A stretch of DNA of 64,000 bases from Polyangiaceae bacterium (GTDB lineage Bacteria; Myxococcota_A; Polyangia; Polyangiales; Polyangiaceae): assembly GCA_044376115.1 (NCBI GenBank), contig JBILLK010000007.1:64001-128000 (forward strand). The letters are read 5' to 3'. The notes beneath the pieces are model-generated. The model ran no database searches, had not been told where the DNA came from, and saw only the letters and a program-made list of their open reading frames with translations. The translations under genes were made by a program, and so were the position numbers. Below, in pieces: positions 36,048-46,700 of the stretch (position 1 is the first letter of the stretch; each line of letters starts with the position of its first letter).

Positions 36048-37015
36048 CAGCTCCTCCCAAAGACTTCGACCTCGCCGCGGCCTCGCGGATACTCCTCAGC
36101 CGCCTGGCGTCGCTGCCTCTCGAAGCGGTCGCGCGCGCGCTCTCGGTTATCGATGCACCGCTCTATCCGAAGGGCATCGAACCGGCGCCTCGCGTACAAC
36201 CAGCCAGCGAGCAATTCGTCGCCGAACATCTCGCCCGTGAGCTGGAGTGCAACGCCGGTGCCTTTGAGGTGGCCGTAGACGTGGTGCGCCTGTCCCGCCT
36301 GCCTTCAGAAGAGCTAGTGCCGTTTGTAGCCGAGCTGCTCTCGACGCGTCCCTGGCGCAGACTCGAGGATCGACTGCTGCTGACCCTCGCGGAGTGTGCA
36401 AGCGACGCGACATTTGCGCTCCTGCTCGAGCAGCCGCGTGGAAGCAGCGTGGTGCGACGGGGCGCAGCGCCAAACGCCGCCCGGCTCGCGCTGGCGCGAC
36501 TGCGAGCGCTGATCGCGGTTGGCGGGCCCATGGAACCACGCGCTCGTGTTTGGGGAGAAGAGCTGCTTTCGTTGTTGGTTGAGCGGAACGACACGGAAGG
36601 TCAGGAACTGGCCTGTTCGATCGTTGATGGGCGTGCAGCACCAGATCTTCGGCGCCGTGCGTGTGTCGCGCTTTATACCAGCGGTCTCGAGCAGAACGTG
36701 CGACGGCTCTCAACTCATCTTCAAGACAAAGACGCGCTGGTGCGCTCCACCGCCATTCGTGCTGTGCTTTCGCTCGATGGCCCTTCAGCCTGGGACTCGC
36801 TGGGCGGAGACAAGCTGCTCACCACCGAGTATGCTGCGTTCGCATCGGAGGTCTTGAACGAGCTCGGCCGAGACCTCGCGGGGACCGGCGGCGTCACACG
36901 CCACGGTTGGGCCCGAAACGACCCTCGCTTCGAGCAGCTGGCGCGCCACTGGCTTGGCGACAAGAAGAATATGGGCAACGCGGAGTTCGTGCTCCAGGGT
37001 CTCGCTTCGAGTTGA
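36044..37015 (+). CDS. HEAT-repeat-like protein, candidate cognate immunity
   Basis: ATGA overlap with the Rhs stop; helical repeats (DLRRRACVAL, DKDALVRSTAIRAV). Confidence 0.7.
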   Translation: MTAPPKDFDLAAASRILLSRLASLPLEAVARALSVIDAPLYPKGIEPAPRVQPASEQFVAEHLARELECNAGAFEVAVDVVRLSRLPSEELVPFVAELLSTRPWRRLEDRLLLTLAECASDATFALLLEQPRGSSVVRRGAAPNAARLALARLRALIAVGGPMEPRARVWGEELLSLLVERNDTEGQELACSIVDGRAAPDLRRRACVALYTSGLEQNVRRLSTHLQDKDALVRSTAIRAVLSLDGPSAWDSLGGDKLLTTEYAAFASEVLNELGRDLAGTGGVTRHGWARNDPRFEQLARHWLGDKKNMGNAEFVLQGLASS

Positions 37016-37674
37016 GCGCCGAACTATCCCCACGGCGAGTTGCGCAAATCATGAAGTGGGCCCGAGCCGCCCTCGAGGGTCTGACCACACAGCTTACCGA
37101 GGAAGGCTATCAATTCGCGCGGCCTGCACGGGCGCTGGTGCGCCCGAGTCTAGAATTGCCAGAGCTTATCTATTTGATAGAGCAGCGCGTGGGGCCGCTC
37201 CCGTTGGCGGTCGGCCTAATGTGGAGCATCATCGGCTCTGTCGATCTCACGGGTGGATGTGCAGATTGGCCGACAACCTCGCTTCGCACCAGCGGAGGTA
37301 AAGAGGGCTCCGGGGTTTGGCTAAGCGATGCCCTGGTGATCATGCCTCCTCGTGAGGTCCTCGCGCGACTGGAGGACGACCCGGAGCTCCCGGGGCTTCC
37401 GCTCTGGCCTGATGCGCTGCATAAAGCTGGCTACTCGGGAGATCCAGAAACCTGTGTTGAGTTACCATGCTCCGGAGTCGAAGGGACGCTCTTCAAGGAG
37501 GCAGGTACTTGGCCCGCTACGCAACCGACGACGCTCACCAGCTACCTACAATGGGCAATCAGTGAACACGCTGGTTTTCCTGGGCTGTGCAATTGCGAGC
37601 GCGCGCAGCCTCGATTGGCTCGACTCAAGTCTCGTATCCCAGCGTTCTCAAGCGACGAACTGGATGAACCGTAG
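37012..37674 (+). CDS. hypothetical protein, possible second immunity protein
   Basis: TTGA overlap with the previous stop; IEQRVGPLPLAVGLMWSIIGSVDL is reminiscent of SUKH/SMI1-type motifs. Confidence 0.6.
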   Translation: MSAELSPRRVAQIMKWARAALEGLTTQLTEEGYQFARPARALVRPSLELPELIYLIEQRVGPLPLAVGLMWSIIGSVDLTGGCADWPTTSLRTSGGKEGSGVWLSDALVIMPPREVLARLEDDPELPGLPLWPDALHKAGYSGDPETCVELPCSGVEGTLFKEAGTWPATQPTTLTSYLQWAISEHAGFPGLCNCERAQPRLARLKSRIPAFSSDELDEP

Positions 37675-37811
37675 TAAGCGGTCCTGCCGCAGCGCACGCT
37701 GTTTCGCGTGCCTGCGTAGGATTCGCGCCACGCGGCGGGCTGCGCTCGCCTACTTCCGAGCGGTGAGGGCTGACGAAGTGTGGAGGCACAGCGGTTGCTC
37801 AGCCGTTGTTT

Positions 37812-38366
37812 ATGACTTACTTCCTTCGCACTTCCCTCGATCGAACGTTGCGCGCCTTGCCTTCTTTCGCGGCTACGGCGCCGCGCGTCATCGCGTTCCT
37901 TTTCGCTTCGTTCTTTCTCACCGGCTGCACCGAGGTTGCGGCCGCGCGCTTCGAACTCTCGATACTGCTTGTCTGCGCGTTGAGCGTCTTCGGTCTGCAG
38001 GCCGTCGCGACAGGTCCCGCAGTTTTTCGGGTGAGTATCCGCGACACCTGGCGCGCCATTGCCTTCGTCGTCGGAGTCTTCGCTGCGATCGCCCACGCAA
38101 CGCTGCTCGTCATGGGGACCAACGTCGTTCAGGACGTGTCGATGAGCTCACGGCGCGAGCTGGCGACGCTATATGCGCTACTGCTGTGGCCCGGCGTGTT
38201 GCATGTCGCGCTGCCGGTGCGGCTCCTGGAGACGCGGCACTCGACGACGCAAGACCAGCTCGTGGGCGTTCGGCGCCCGCAATGGAGCGTCTACGTCGGA
38301 GGGGCCTACGTCGTGATCGGCGCGTTCTTCGCGTATCACCTGCTTTACACCGGCCAGTTCGGCTGA
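37812..38366 (+). CDS. hypothetical integral membrane protein
   Basis: About five hydrophobic segments. Confidence 0.6.
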   Translation: MTYFLRTSLDRTLRALPSFAATAPRVIAFLFASFFLTGCTEVAAARFELSILLVCALSVFGLQAVATGPAVFRVSIRDTWRAIAFVVGVFAAIAHATLLVMGTNVVQDVSMSSRRELATLYALLLWPGVLHVALPVRLLETRHSTTQDQLVGVRRPQWSVYVGGAYVVIGAFFAYHLLYTGQFG

Positions 38367-38383
38367 GGTCGCTCGCGGTGCCG

Positions 38384-40927
38384 TCACTTGCCGGAGTGCA
38401 AGGCGATGATGCCGGCGTCGACCTGCGCGTAGAGGATGCCGGCGTCGACGAAGGGTGTGCAATGCCAACTCCAAGCGCCGTCGTAGGTTGACCCGGACTT
38501 TGCTTGTTCCTTGGCAATCGCCTGATGGGCGACGGATAGGTCGAGGTCCCAGCGGACCTTGCCTGTCGCGAGATCGAGGCCGGAGAGGAAGGTGCTGGAC
38601 GAGCTCGTATCTTCCACGGTGACAGAGACGACGGTTTGGCCCACGACGATCGGACCAGCGCTGCCAATTCCGTACGGCTTACGGCGCTTGGCTTTGGACC
38701 TCCAGGTCGGTTTGCCGGTCTGAAGCTCGTAGGCTTGAAGGAAGCCATCGTCGCGAAGGAGCAACGTGTCCGAGGTGCACGCCCACGAACTACCGCCCGC
38801 TTGCCAGTCGATCTTGGTGGTCCAAACCTGTTTGCCGCTGCGCCTGTCGGCGGCAGCCAACAAGCCGGTGTCCGCAAGGTAGACGACGAAGTCCCCCGCG
38901 ATCACCGGACTGGCCCGCAGCGGTTCGCTGGCTGCTGCGCTCCACGCGAGCTCTTGCGCGGCGAGGTCGATCGCGAGCAGCTGGGCGTCGGCGTAGACGA
39001 AGGCGAGGCCATCTGCATAGGCGGGCGCGGTTCGGATGCGATCCTTCACTTCGAACGTCCACACTTTGCGTCCCTTCTTGTCGAGCGCGCGCGCGTGCAG
39101 GCCTTTTGCGCCGGCGACCAGACACAGATCGTCGGTTACCAGCGGTGTTCCGGCGGCACCTGCGATCCGGGCGGTCCACTGGCTTTCGCCAGTGCGTGCG
39201 TCGTGCGCATGGAGTCCCTGGTTGGTGGCGAGGAACACCGTGCCGTGGGCGATGGCGATGCCGCCGGTTGCCCAGGATCGCGCGGTGGAGGTCTGCACCG
39301 ACCAGCGCGTCTTGCCGGTACCGGCTTCGTGCGCGCACAGCCAGCCTGCGTTCGATCCCACCGCGATGCCCTCGCCGACGACGACACTTCCACCAAACTC
39401 ATCGGCGCCCGAGTGGTAGTCAGCGCGAGCCCAGAGCACCGACGGCGCCTTGCTGAGATCAGCCTCGAAGACGGCTTGTCGTGTGGGACCGCCGCCGCTC
39501 ATCGAGCCGGCGATGGCGATGGAGGAGGCAGCGCTCGCTCGTGGCTCGGCTTTCTTGGGTGGGGGAGGGGCCTTCACGGGCGGCTCGACGCGGCTGACCG
39601 ACTCGGTGGCGACGAGCGGAGCGATGACGACGCCCTCGTGGTTCCTCCAGGCGATCAATCCGCCAATAGAAACAGCGCAAGCCTGCGGCTCGTCCAGCTC
39701 GGCGAGTTCACGAAGGGAAACCAGGGCGCGGGTGGTTTCATCGATCACGGCAACCAGCACAGCCGCTTCGTCTGAAACCCAAACGGCGCGGATCGGGATG
39801 ACGATGTAGCCAGCGGCCACGACGGGGCGCCCCACGGAGACGTCCTCAGCACCCTTTACGACAACTCGCGCGCTGGCCTCGATACCGAGGTCGCGGCTGA
39901 GCCACGTGACGACGCAGGCGCCGTCGACTACGGCGGCGGCGACAAAGCTCCCTCTGCTCGGTGCCACGCCCCCGAAGGGAGTTCCGTACTCCTCGGCTGG
40001 GGCGAGCGCGACATCGGCGAGCGCCTTTCCGTCAGCGGCCGAGAAGGAGCGCACGTGGCCGTCTTCAGCGGCGACGGCAACCACGTCCTCGAGTACGGCG
40101 ATGCCGATGGCGCCAGCGCTCTTGCCCGGCTTCACCTTGTAAAGCTGCTCACCGCTGCTCGCGTCGAAGGCAAACAGAAAACGATCATGGGTGCTGGTGA
40201 AGCCGCCTCCACCCGACCACAGGGTTTTGCCATCGGCGGACAAGGCGAGCGCGTTTGGGGTCGCGTTGTGCCCTTTGAATGAGCGGACCTTCTTGCCACT
40301 CTCGCGACTCACGAGCGCAATGGTCTTGTTGCCGATGACGAGGCTGTCGTTGTGAATCAGCACGACCTGCGCCTCATTCGACTTGTGGGTCGTGGACCAC
40401 TTGCGACTGCGCACATCGACGACGTGCACGCTGCTGATCCCGTGCGCAGCGAGGATGCTGCCATCGGCGCTGAACGCGAAGACCCTCGGGTAATCGGACA
40501 ATCGGATCAGCTCGCCGGTGAGCTTTGCCGGTTCGAGCACAGGATAAGGGGGCGGGACCACGCCGCCTGCGGGGCTCGTGGCAGGCTCCGTTGCGGCGCT
40601 CGCGGGCTTGGTGGCGGCGGACTTGGTTGCGGCGCTTGCGGGCTTGCTAGTGGCGCTTGCGGGCTTGCTGGTGGCGGGCTTGGTTGCTGAGCCAGCGGCT
40701 GCGCTCTTCCCTTTGGCCGGGCTGACGGGCGCGTAGCCTTTCTTCGTCTTCTCGCGGGCCTTGTCGTCGAGTTCTGCTTTCGCTTCGGCTGCACTGCTGA
40801 AGGCAAAGCTCTTGGTCTGCCCGTCGGTGCCCACTTTGCCCCAACGGGTGACGAGCGAGTTGCCATCGACCTCGCCCTCCCAGAACTTGTTGGACGAACC
40901 GTCTTTGAACTCGAGTCGGATGTTCAT
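38384..40927 (-). CDS. WGR domain + WD40-like + PQQ-like beta-propeller protein
   Basis: GSSNKFWE...TRWGKVGTDGQ...EKTKKGY (WGR); KPASA linker; repeated A.D..TG...W propeller blades. Confidence 0.85.
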   Translation of the reverse strand: MNIRLEFKDGSSNKFWEGEVDGNSLVTRWGKVGTDGQTKSFAFSSAAEAKAELDDKAREKTKKGYAPVSPAKGKSAAAGSATKPATSKPASATSKPASAATKSAATKPASAATEPATSPAGGVVPPPYPVLEPAKLTGELIRLSDYPRVFAFSADGSILAAHGISSVHVVDVRSRKWSTTHKSNEAQVVLIHNDSLVIGNKTIALVSRESGKKVRSFKGHNATPNALALSADGKTLWSGGGGFTSTHDRFLFAFDASSGEQLYKVKPGKSAGAIGIAVLEDVVAVAAEDGHVRSFSAADGKALADVALAPAEEYGTPFGGVAPSRGSFVAAAVVDGACVVTWLSRDLGIEASARVVVKGAEDVSVGRPVVAAGYIVIPIRAVWVSDEAAVLVAVIDETTRALVSLRELAELDEPQACAVSIGGLIAWRNHEGVVIAPLVATESVSRVEPPVKAPPPPKKAEPRASAASSIAIAGSMSGGGPTRQAVFEADLSKAPSVLWARADYHSGADEFGGSVVVGEGIAVGSNAGWLCAHEAGTGKTRWSVQTSTARSWATGGIAIAHGTVFLATNQGLHAHDARTGESQWTARIAGAAGTPLVTDDLCLVAGAKGLHARALDKKGRKVWTFEVKDRIRTAPAYADGLAFVYADAQLLAIDLAAQELAWSAAASEPLRASPVIAGDFVVYLADTGLLAAADRRSGKQVWTTKIDWQAGGSSWACTSDTLLLRDDGFLQAYELQTGKPTWRSKAKRRKPYGIGSAGPIVVGQTVVSVTVEDTSSSSTFLSGLDLATGKVRWDLDLSVAHQAIAKEQAKSGSTYDGAWSWHCTPFVDAGILYAQVDAGIIALHSGK

Positions 40928-41042
40928 GGTCGCTGGCCTCGTTTGAGCGGATCCTGCTCGCTCAGAGCAAGGACGCGGAGAGGCGCCGAGTGTCGCACAG
41001 AATTTTCGGCTTCGTCCCCCCAACGAGAAGAGCGCTGTCGGC

Positions 41043-41453
41043 TTAGACGAAACGAACCCAAGCCTGCGCGAGGGCTCGAAATGCGGTTTGCTTCGCCTTG
41101 AAATCGCTCCCGGCGCCGAGCGAGACGAGGCAACGGTCCTTCGCCATCCACTTCTCGATCAGGCCGGCGGGATCCTCGACTGGGACGCCTGTGTCAGCGG
41201 TCGCCTTCTTCTTGATGCCGGTGAACAGGATCAGCTGAAGCGAAGTTTGTGAGCGCAGATGCACCGTGGCGAAGAAGTCGTTCGCGTTGCAAAAGCTCAC
41301 CGAGTTCCACTTGATCTCCTCGCGAATCGACGGGCTCATGCCGAGCATCACCTCGCGCAAGGCGTTGATCTCCGCCTCGAGCGGGTGGGCCTTGCTGGCG
41401 AGAAACGTGGCCACGTCGCTGCTCGCCCCAGTCGATGGTTTTTTGCGCACCAC
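41043..41453 (-). CDS. DUF1801 domain protein
   Basis: HPLEAEINALRE...IREEIKWNSVSF...EDPAGL. Confidence 0.8.
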   Translation of the reverse strand: MVRKKPSTGASSDVATFLASKAHPLEAEINALREVMLGMSPSIREEIKWNSVSFCNANDFFATVHLRSQTSLQLILFTGIKKKATADTGVPVEDPAGLIEKWMAKDRCLVSLGAGSDFKAKQTAFRALAQAWVRFV

Positions 41454-41510
41454 CTTGGCCTGTTAACACGCACCTGGACGCGACCGCATGCCTGCGACAA
41501 AACGTCGGGG

Positions 41511-41840
41511 ATGAAGGCCGAGTACCAACATTCAGACGGTGAGGTGTTCACGCTCGAGCTCTCGCCCGATCAGTCGTTGCGCGACGCGCTGATCAAAGCA
41601 GGGCGCCCGCCACACAACGCGACCCGGTTCGCGAGCTGCCAAGGCTTCGGCACCTGTGGGACCTGCGCAGTCCAGATTGAAGGCGAGGTCGAGCCGAAGT
41701 CGCCTGGCGCCATTGAAGCTTGGCGTCTCGGCTTCCCGCCGCACAAGCGCGAGAGCGGGCTGCGCCTCGCCTGCCAGGTGAAGCCGTGCGGCGACCTCAA
41801 AGTCAAAAAGCACCCGGGCTACTGGGGGAACGAAGTCTAA
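41511..41840 (+). CDS. 2Fe-2S ferredoxin
   Basis: CQGFGTCGTC and RLACQ. Confidence 0.9.
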   Translation: MKAEYQHSDGEVFTLELSPDQSLRDALIKAGRPPHNATRFASCQGFGTCGTCAVQIEGEVEPKSPGAIEAWRLGFPPHKRESGLRLACQVKPCGDLKVKKHPGYWGNEV

Positions 41841-42042
41841 GGGCGGGCGCTCACGCGTCGGTAAGCCGCTCTCTGGTCCGCTGATGAAGGGGATGCCGCG
41901 CAGAGTGCTGACTCCTCTGTACGATCGGCGAGGGCCCGCGCGTAGAGACAGTTCGAGCTGCGAGGCCGAATCCCAGGACATGCGCGATGGAGAACCGCCC
42001 ATATGACCCAAGTACCCCGACCGCTCGTCGTCCCAATCCGCG

Positions 42043-43674
42043 ATGAGTGAGATCGACTGGTCTTCAAAGGAGCATCTTGCGGACGATGTACCCGAGCTGC
42101 TGGAGCTTTTGCCCTCTGACGACGAGGGTGCTGTCGAGGAAGCGTTCGACGGGATCTTCGAGCGATTCGTTGCTCGGGACGGCACGTCGACGAGCGCCGC
42201 CACGGACATGGTCACCGCCCTTCTGGATCTCCTGGCCGAGGTCGCGCATCCTGGCCCGGTGCTCCTGCTGATCGCCGAGATCCTGGGTGGAGACCACCTG
42301 CGTCAATGGGTCAGTCAAGAGCTCCTGTCCAGTGAAGGAGCGGCGATCGCCATCGCGAGGCACACAGCTTGGTTGCCGCTTCTCGAGAGCGACGTCGGCT
42401 CTGTTCGGGCTTGCGCGACCGTTCTTGCATCGACCGTCCGGGCGTCGGGTGCTGTGGCAGCCCTCTCTGCGATGGCGACGCTGGACCCCGACCCGATCGT
42501 GCGCGCGTCGGCCATCCTCGCGCTTGCTCCCTTCGAGAGCCCCGATTCCCTAGAGGCATGGGAGCGCGCCCGCGTCTCGGGCGAGCCAGTGCTGATCGGC
42601 GCGGTCGCGCTGGCCGCCCTTCGCGTGGACCCGTCGCGCAGCTTCGAGCAAGAGGTCGGCGGGCTCGAGGCGTGGCTTTCGTGGGATGCGCCACGCTGGT
42701 CGCCCGAGCGGACCGAATTCCCATGGTTCGAATGCGCCTGGGCGTCGACGTACGCCCTGGCCCGCCCACATGACGGACAATCTCGCGTGGTCGCCGAGCT
42801 CGCGCGACATCGCAACGCCACGCGCGAACTCTCGGCGCTGCTCCTTGCTCGTGCGGCCGCGACCGAAGCTGGCCCGTTTACGCGTCGAGCCGGGGCGCTC
42901 ATCGCTGACCTCGGCGGCCTCATGGCCCGCTGGGTTCACTCCGATACGCCCGAGGTGGAGCCTTTCGTGGCGTTCACCGCCGAAGAGCAAGCGACGATTC
43001 GCGAACTTGCTGCGACCCCTCTGCTGCCCAACGCCACGCGCCAGATGCCTGCCGCAGGCCTTCCTCGACGCCGCTGGGCGGAGATGGATCCCTCTTCGCC
43101 ATCGACTCCGGACCTTCTTGACCGATGGGAGTCAGCGGTGCAGACCTTCTCGGGTGCCTACGGGGGAATGGCCCCTGCACCTTGCCTCCCTCTGGAGGCA
43201 ACGGAGCTTGCTCTCGCGGTTTCGGCGGTCGTCGATCCGACGAGGATGACCCCCGTCCTCGACGACATCGCGCTGCGGTTCACTCACAGCGAGCGGGAGG
43301 GCTTCGCGCCCCGGCGGAGCAGCGCGCTCACCGTCGTCGCGTTGCTTCCGCTCGTCCGCGCGGGAGTCTCTCTCTCTCCGCAGTGGGATGTCATCATCGC
43401 GCCATCGCTCGATCCGCTCGCGACGGAGGTGTTCTCGTCGCTCGAGCTCTCGCGTCGCGAACCAATTCTCTGGAGAGAGCTCTCTTCCCGCGGTGAGAGG
43501 GAAGTTGCGGGAACGAAGGAAGCTGTCGCGGCCGTGCACCTGGCGCCGTCCCCAAGGATCGTGGCAGCGCTTCGGGCGCGGTTAGCACACCGCGTGGTTG
43601 CCGGCTTCTTTGGACCCGGGATCGAGGACCTCCGACGCCAGGTCGATGCCGCCGAGTCGATGCGTCCGTCCTAG
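42043..43674 (+). CDS. HEAT-repeat hypothetical protein
   Basis: IDWS...DVPELLELL N-terminus; LDPDPIVRASAILAL repeat. Confidence 0.65.
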   Translation: MSEIDWSSKEHLADDVPELLELLPSDDEGAVEEAFDGIFERFVARDGTSTSAATDMVTALLDLLAEVAHPGPVLLLIAEILGGDHLRQWVSQELLSSEGAAIAIARHTAWLPLLESDVGSVRACATVLASTVRASGAVAALSAMATLDPDPIVRASAILALAPFESPDSLEAWERARVSGEPVLIGAVALAALRVDPSRSFEQEVGGLEAWLSWDAPRWSPERTEFPWFECAWASTYALARPHDGQSRVVAELARHRNATRELSALLLARAAATEAGPFTRRAGALIADLGGLMARWVHSDTPEVEPFVAFTAEEQATIRELAATPLLPNATRQMPAAGLPRRRWAEMDPSSPSTPDLLDRWESAVQTFSGAYGGMAPAPCLPLEATELALAVSAVVDPTRMTPVLDDIALRFTHSEREGFAPRRSSALTVVALLPLVRAGVSLSPQWDVIIAPSLDPLATEVFSSLELSRREPILWRELSSRGEREVAGTKEAVAAVHLAPSPRIVAALRARLAHRVVAGFFGPGIEDLRRQVDAAESMRPS

Positions 43675-43718
43675 GCTTGCTCTGCCGCTCTTCAAGATGC
43701 AGGCTCCGAGCGTGCTCG

Positions 43719-46700
43719 TCACGCCTGACCCGGCCGACTTGCTTGCGATCGATCAGACGCTGAGAGCTCAGCGGATCTACGACGGCGCCACTTCATCCAC
43801 GCCTCGCGTAGATCGTCGAGCCACACGTACATCACCGGCGTCGCGAGGAGCGTGAGCAGCAGTGCGAGCGTCTGACCGCCCACCAGCCCGACGGCGATCG
43901 CCCGGCTTGTGCCGGAGCCTGGACCGTTCGAGACGACGAGGGGCAGCAGCCCAGCGACGAAGGCGACCGTCGTCATCAGGATTGGCCTGAGCCGCTGGAC
44001 GTTGCCGAGGATCACAGCCTCTGTCCGCTCCATGCCGCGGGCGCGCAGCGCGATCACGTGGTCGACCTGAAGGATGCTGGTCTTCTTCACGATGCCGAAG
44101 AGCACGAGGAAGCCCAGCGCAGAGAACAGGTTCAGGCTTTGTCCGCCGACGAGCAGCGATCCGAGGGCGAACGGAAGCGTGAGGGGGAGTGAGGCGAGGA
44201 TGGTAATCGGGTGCAGCCAGCTCTCGAACTGCGCCGCGATCACGAGGTACATGAACACGAACGAGAGCAGGATCGCTGTGAGGAAGGCGTCCCCGGCCTT
44301 CTCCATCTCGCTGGCGTTACCAATGACCTCGGCTCGATACCCGGCAGGGAGCTTCAGCTCGCGAAAGGACTGCTCGAGCGCTCCGACGACCGCGTCGTCG
44401 GAGGTGCCCGGCACCGTGTTCATGAACAGCGTCACCTGCCGCTGTCGGTTGGTCCTTCGAATGATCGGGGGCGCGGCGGCGTCTTGAATCGACCCCAGCT
44501 GGGGGAGGTACACCCTGCTGCCGTCCTCGGAGCGCGCCGCGATCGGTCGGCTCGTCTCGCTTGGCGGACCGAGCGGGGTTCGGACCGAGAGGACGGCGGG
44601 GAAGGTGGCGTCTTCGGCCTCGCGCGGCGCACGTACGGCGCCGACGACTACACCTTTGCGACCAACGAGGCCGAGGGTCTCGGCGAGCTCGGCGTGAGAG
44701 ACACGGTGCTCCTTCATCCGCTCCCGGGTCCCGACGAACGCGAGGTCGCGAGCAGGCGGTGCCGAGGTCACCCCGTGGTCGGTGGTGCCCTGCAGCTTTC
44801 GGGCGTCGTCGAGTAGCGCCGAGGCGGCGACATCGAGGGTGCCGAGATCGTCCCCGCGGAGCACGAACTGGACGGCTGCGCCGTCGGGCCCCGCAGATCC
44901 GAAGTCGCTGACCGGGCTCACCATCACGAGCACCTCCGGCGGGAGCGCTTCAGCGAGCCGTGCGCGGATTTCCTCGACCGCCTCGCGCTGCACGCCGCGT
45001 CGGTCGAGCGCGACGTAGATGGTCGCCTCGTGCGAGCCGCGAACCGGGTCGTCTTCGGGGGCGCCTGCCGCAGTCACGGTGCGCGCCACCTCCGGGTTCG
45101 TCCGCGTCAGCGCCGCGGCGCGCTCAGCCACCAGCGCGGTCTGCTCGACGACGGTGCCGGGCGGCATCCGCAGGTAGATCTCGAAGCGGGCCTCGTCCTC
45201 ATACGGGAGGAAGGTCTTGGGCAGCGCGGCGCCGATCGGCAGGATCGCGACGAGCGAGGCGAGGCAAGCAAGCGCGACGATCTTCGGTCGACGGAGCGCG
45301 GCGCGCAGCAAGACCTCGTAGCCCCTTTCGAGCGCGCCGCCGCCGTGCGCTGTTGCCGGTGCCTGCGAGACCTTGGGCGCCTTCAGCCAGCGCGCACACA
45401 ACATCGGCGTCAGCGTGAAGGCCACGACCAGCGAGAGCAAGATCGAGACCGACATCGTAAGCCCGAAAGACGAGAGGAAGCGCCCGACGATGCCGCTCAT
45501 GAAGCCGATCGGGAGGAACACCGCGACCAGCGAGAGCGTCGTTGCAAGCACGGCTAGCGAGATCTCGCGCGTCGCTTCGAGCGTAGCGGCGACTGGATCG
45601 AGCTGCTTCTCCTCAAGGATTCGATAGACGTTCTCGATCACGACGACCGCGTCGTCGATGACGATGCCGACCGCGAGGGTGAGGCCAAGCAACGACAGCA
45701 TGTTGAGCGAGATGCCCAGCCATCCCAGTACCGCGAAGGTCCCGATCACCGACGTGGGGATCGCGAGAGCGGCGATGACGGTGGCGCGACCACTGCGCAG
45801 AAAGAGCAGGATCACGAGCGCCGCGAAGATCGATCCGAGCACGAGGTGCTCTTCGACGGCGCGGAGGGAGGCCTCGACGAAGACTCCTTCGTCGCGTACG
45901 ACGGTGAGCTCGACGCCCTCGGGGAGGCCTGCTTCGGAGACCGACGCGAGCCGTGCGCGTACCTCTGCGAGCACCTCGAGGGTGTTCGCGCCCGACCGCT
46001 TGCTGACCGAGACGAGCACGGTCGACTGCCCCGAGAGGGCCGCGAGCGAGGTCGGCGTCGCGCTCGCGTCTCGCAGCTCCGCCACGTCCGCGAGCTTCAC
46101 GGGTTCGGCGCCACGCGAGCCGAGCACGACCTGCCCCAGCTGCTCAGGCGATCGGGCCTTCGCGTCGAGGCGCAGCTGCTGCTCTCGCTCGCCGATGGCG
46201 ACGGCACCTCCCGGCGCGTCGAGGTTCTCGAGCTGGAGCGCTCGCGTGACGTCGGTGGGGGTGAGCCCCGCGGACTCCAGGCGCTCGAGGGAGAGCTCGA
46301 CGCGCAGCGCGCGCTCGGAGCCGCCGCTGATGCGGACGCTGCCGACGCCGTCCACCGAGGCGAGGTCGCGCTTCAGGCGCCGCTCGGCGAGCTGGCTGAG
46401 CTCGACCGGGGTGTGCGAGCGTGAGGAGGTGAGGGCGATCACCAGGATCGGTGCCGCGTTAGCGTCGAAGAGCTCGGCGCGCGGGGTCCCAACCGAGCGC
46501 GGGAGCGAGACCCGGGCGAGCTTGTCGCGAGCCTCCTGGGCCGCCTCGGCGCCCGGCTTCTCCAGCGCGAACTGCGCCATGACGACACTGACGCCTTCCT
46601 GGCTGGTGGAGTCGACGCGGGTGAGCCCGCCGATCGTTCCGAGCGCCTCTTCGATCGGGCTCGTTACGTCGGTCTCGACCTGACCGGATGAGAGCCCGTC

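Noticed and set aside
41880..41935. CTGATGA as a hammerhead ribozyme core
   Set aside because: No appropriately placed GAAA or flanking stems
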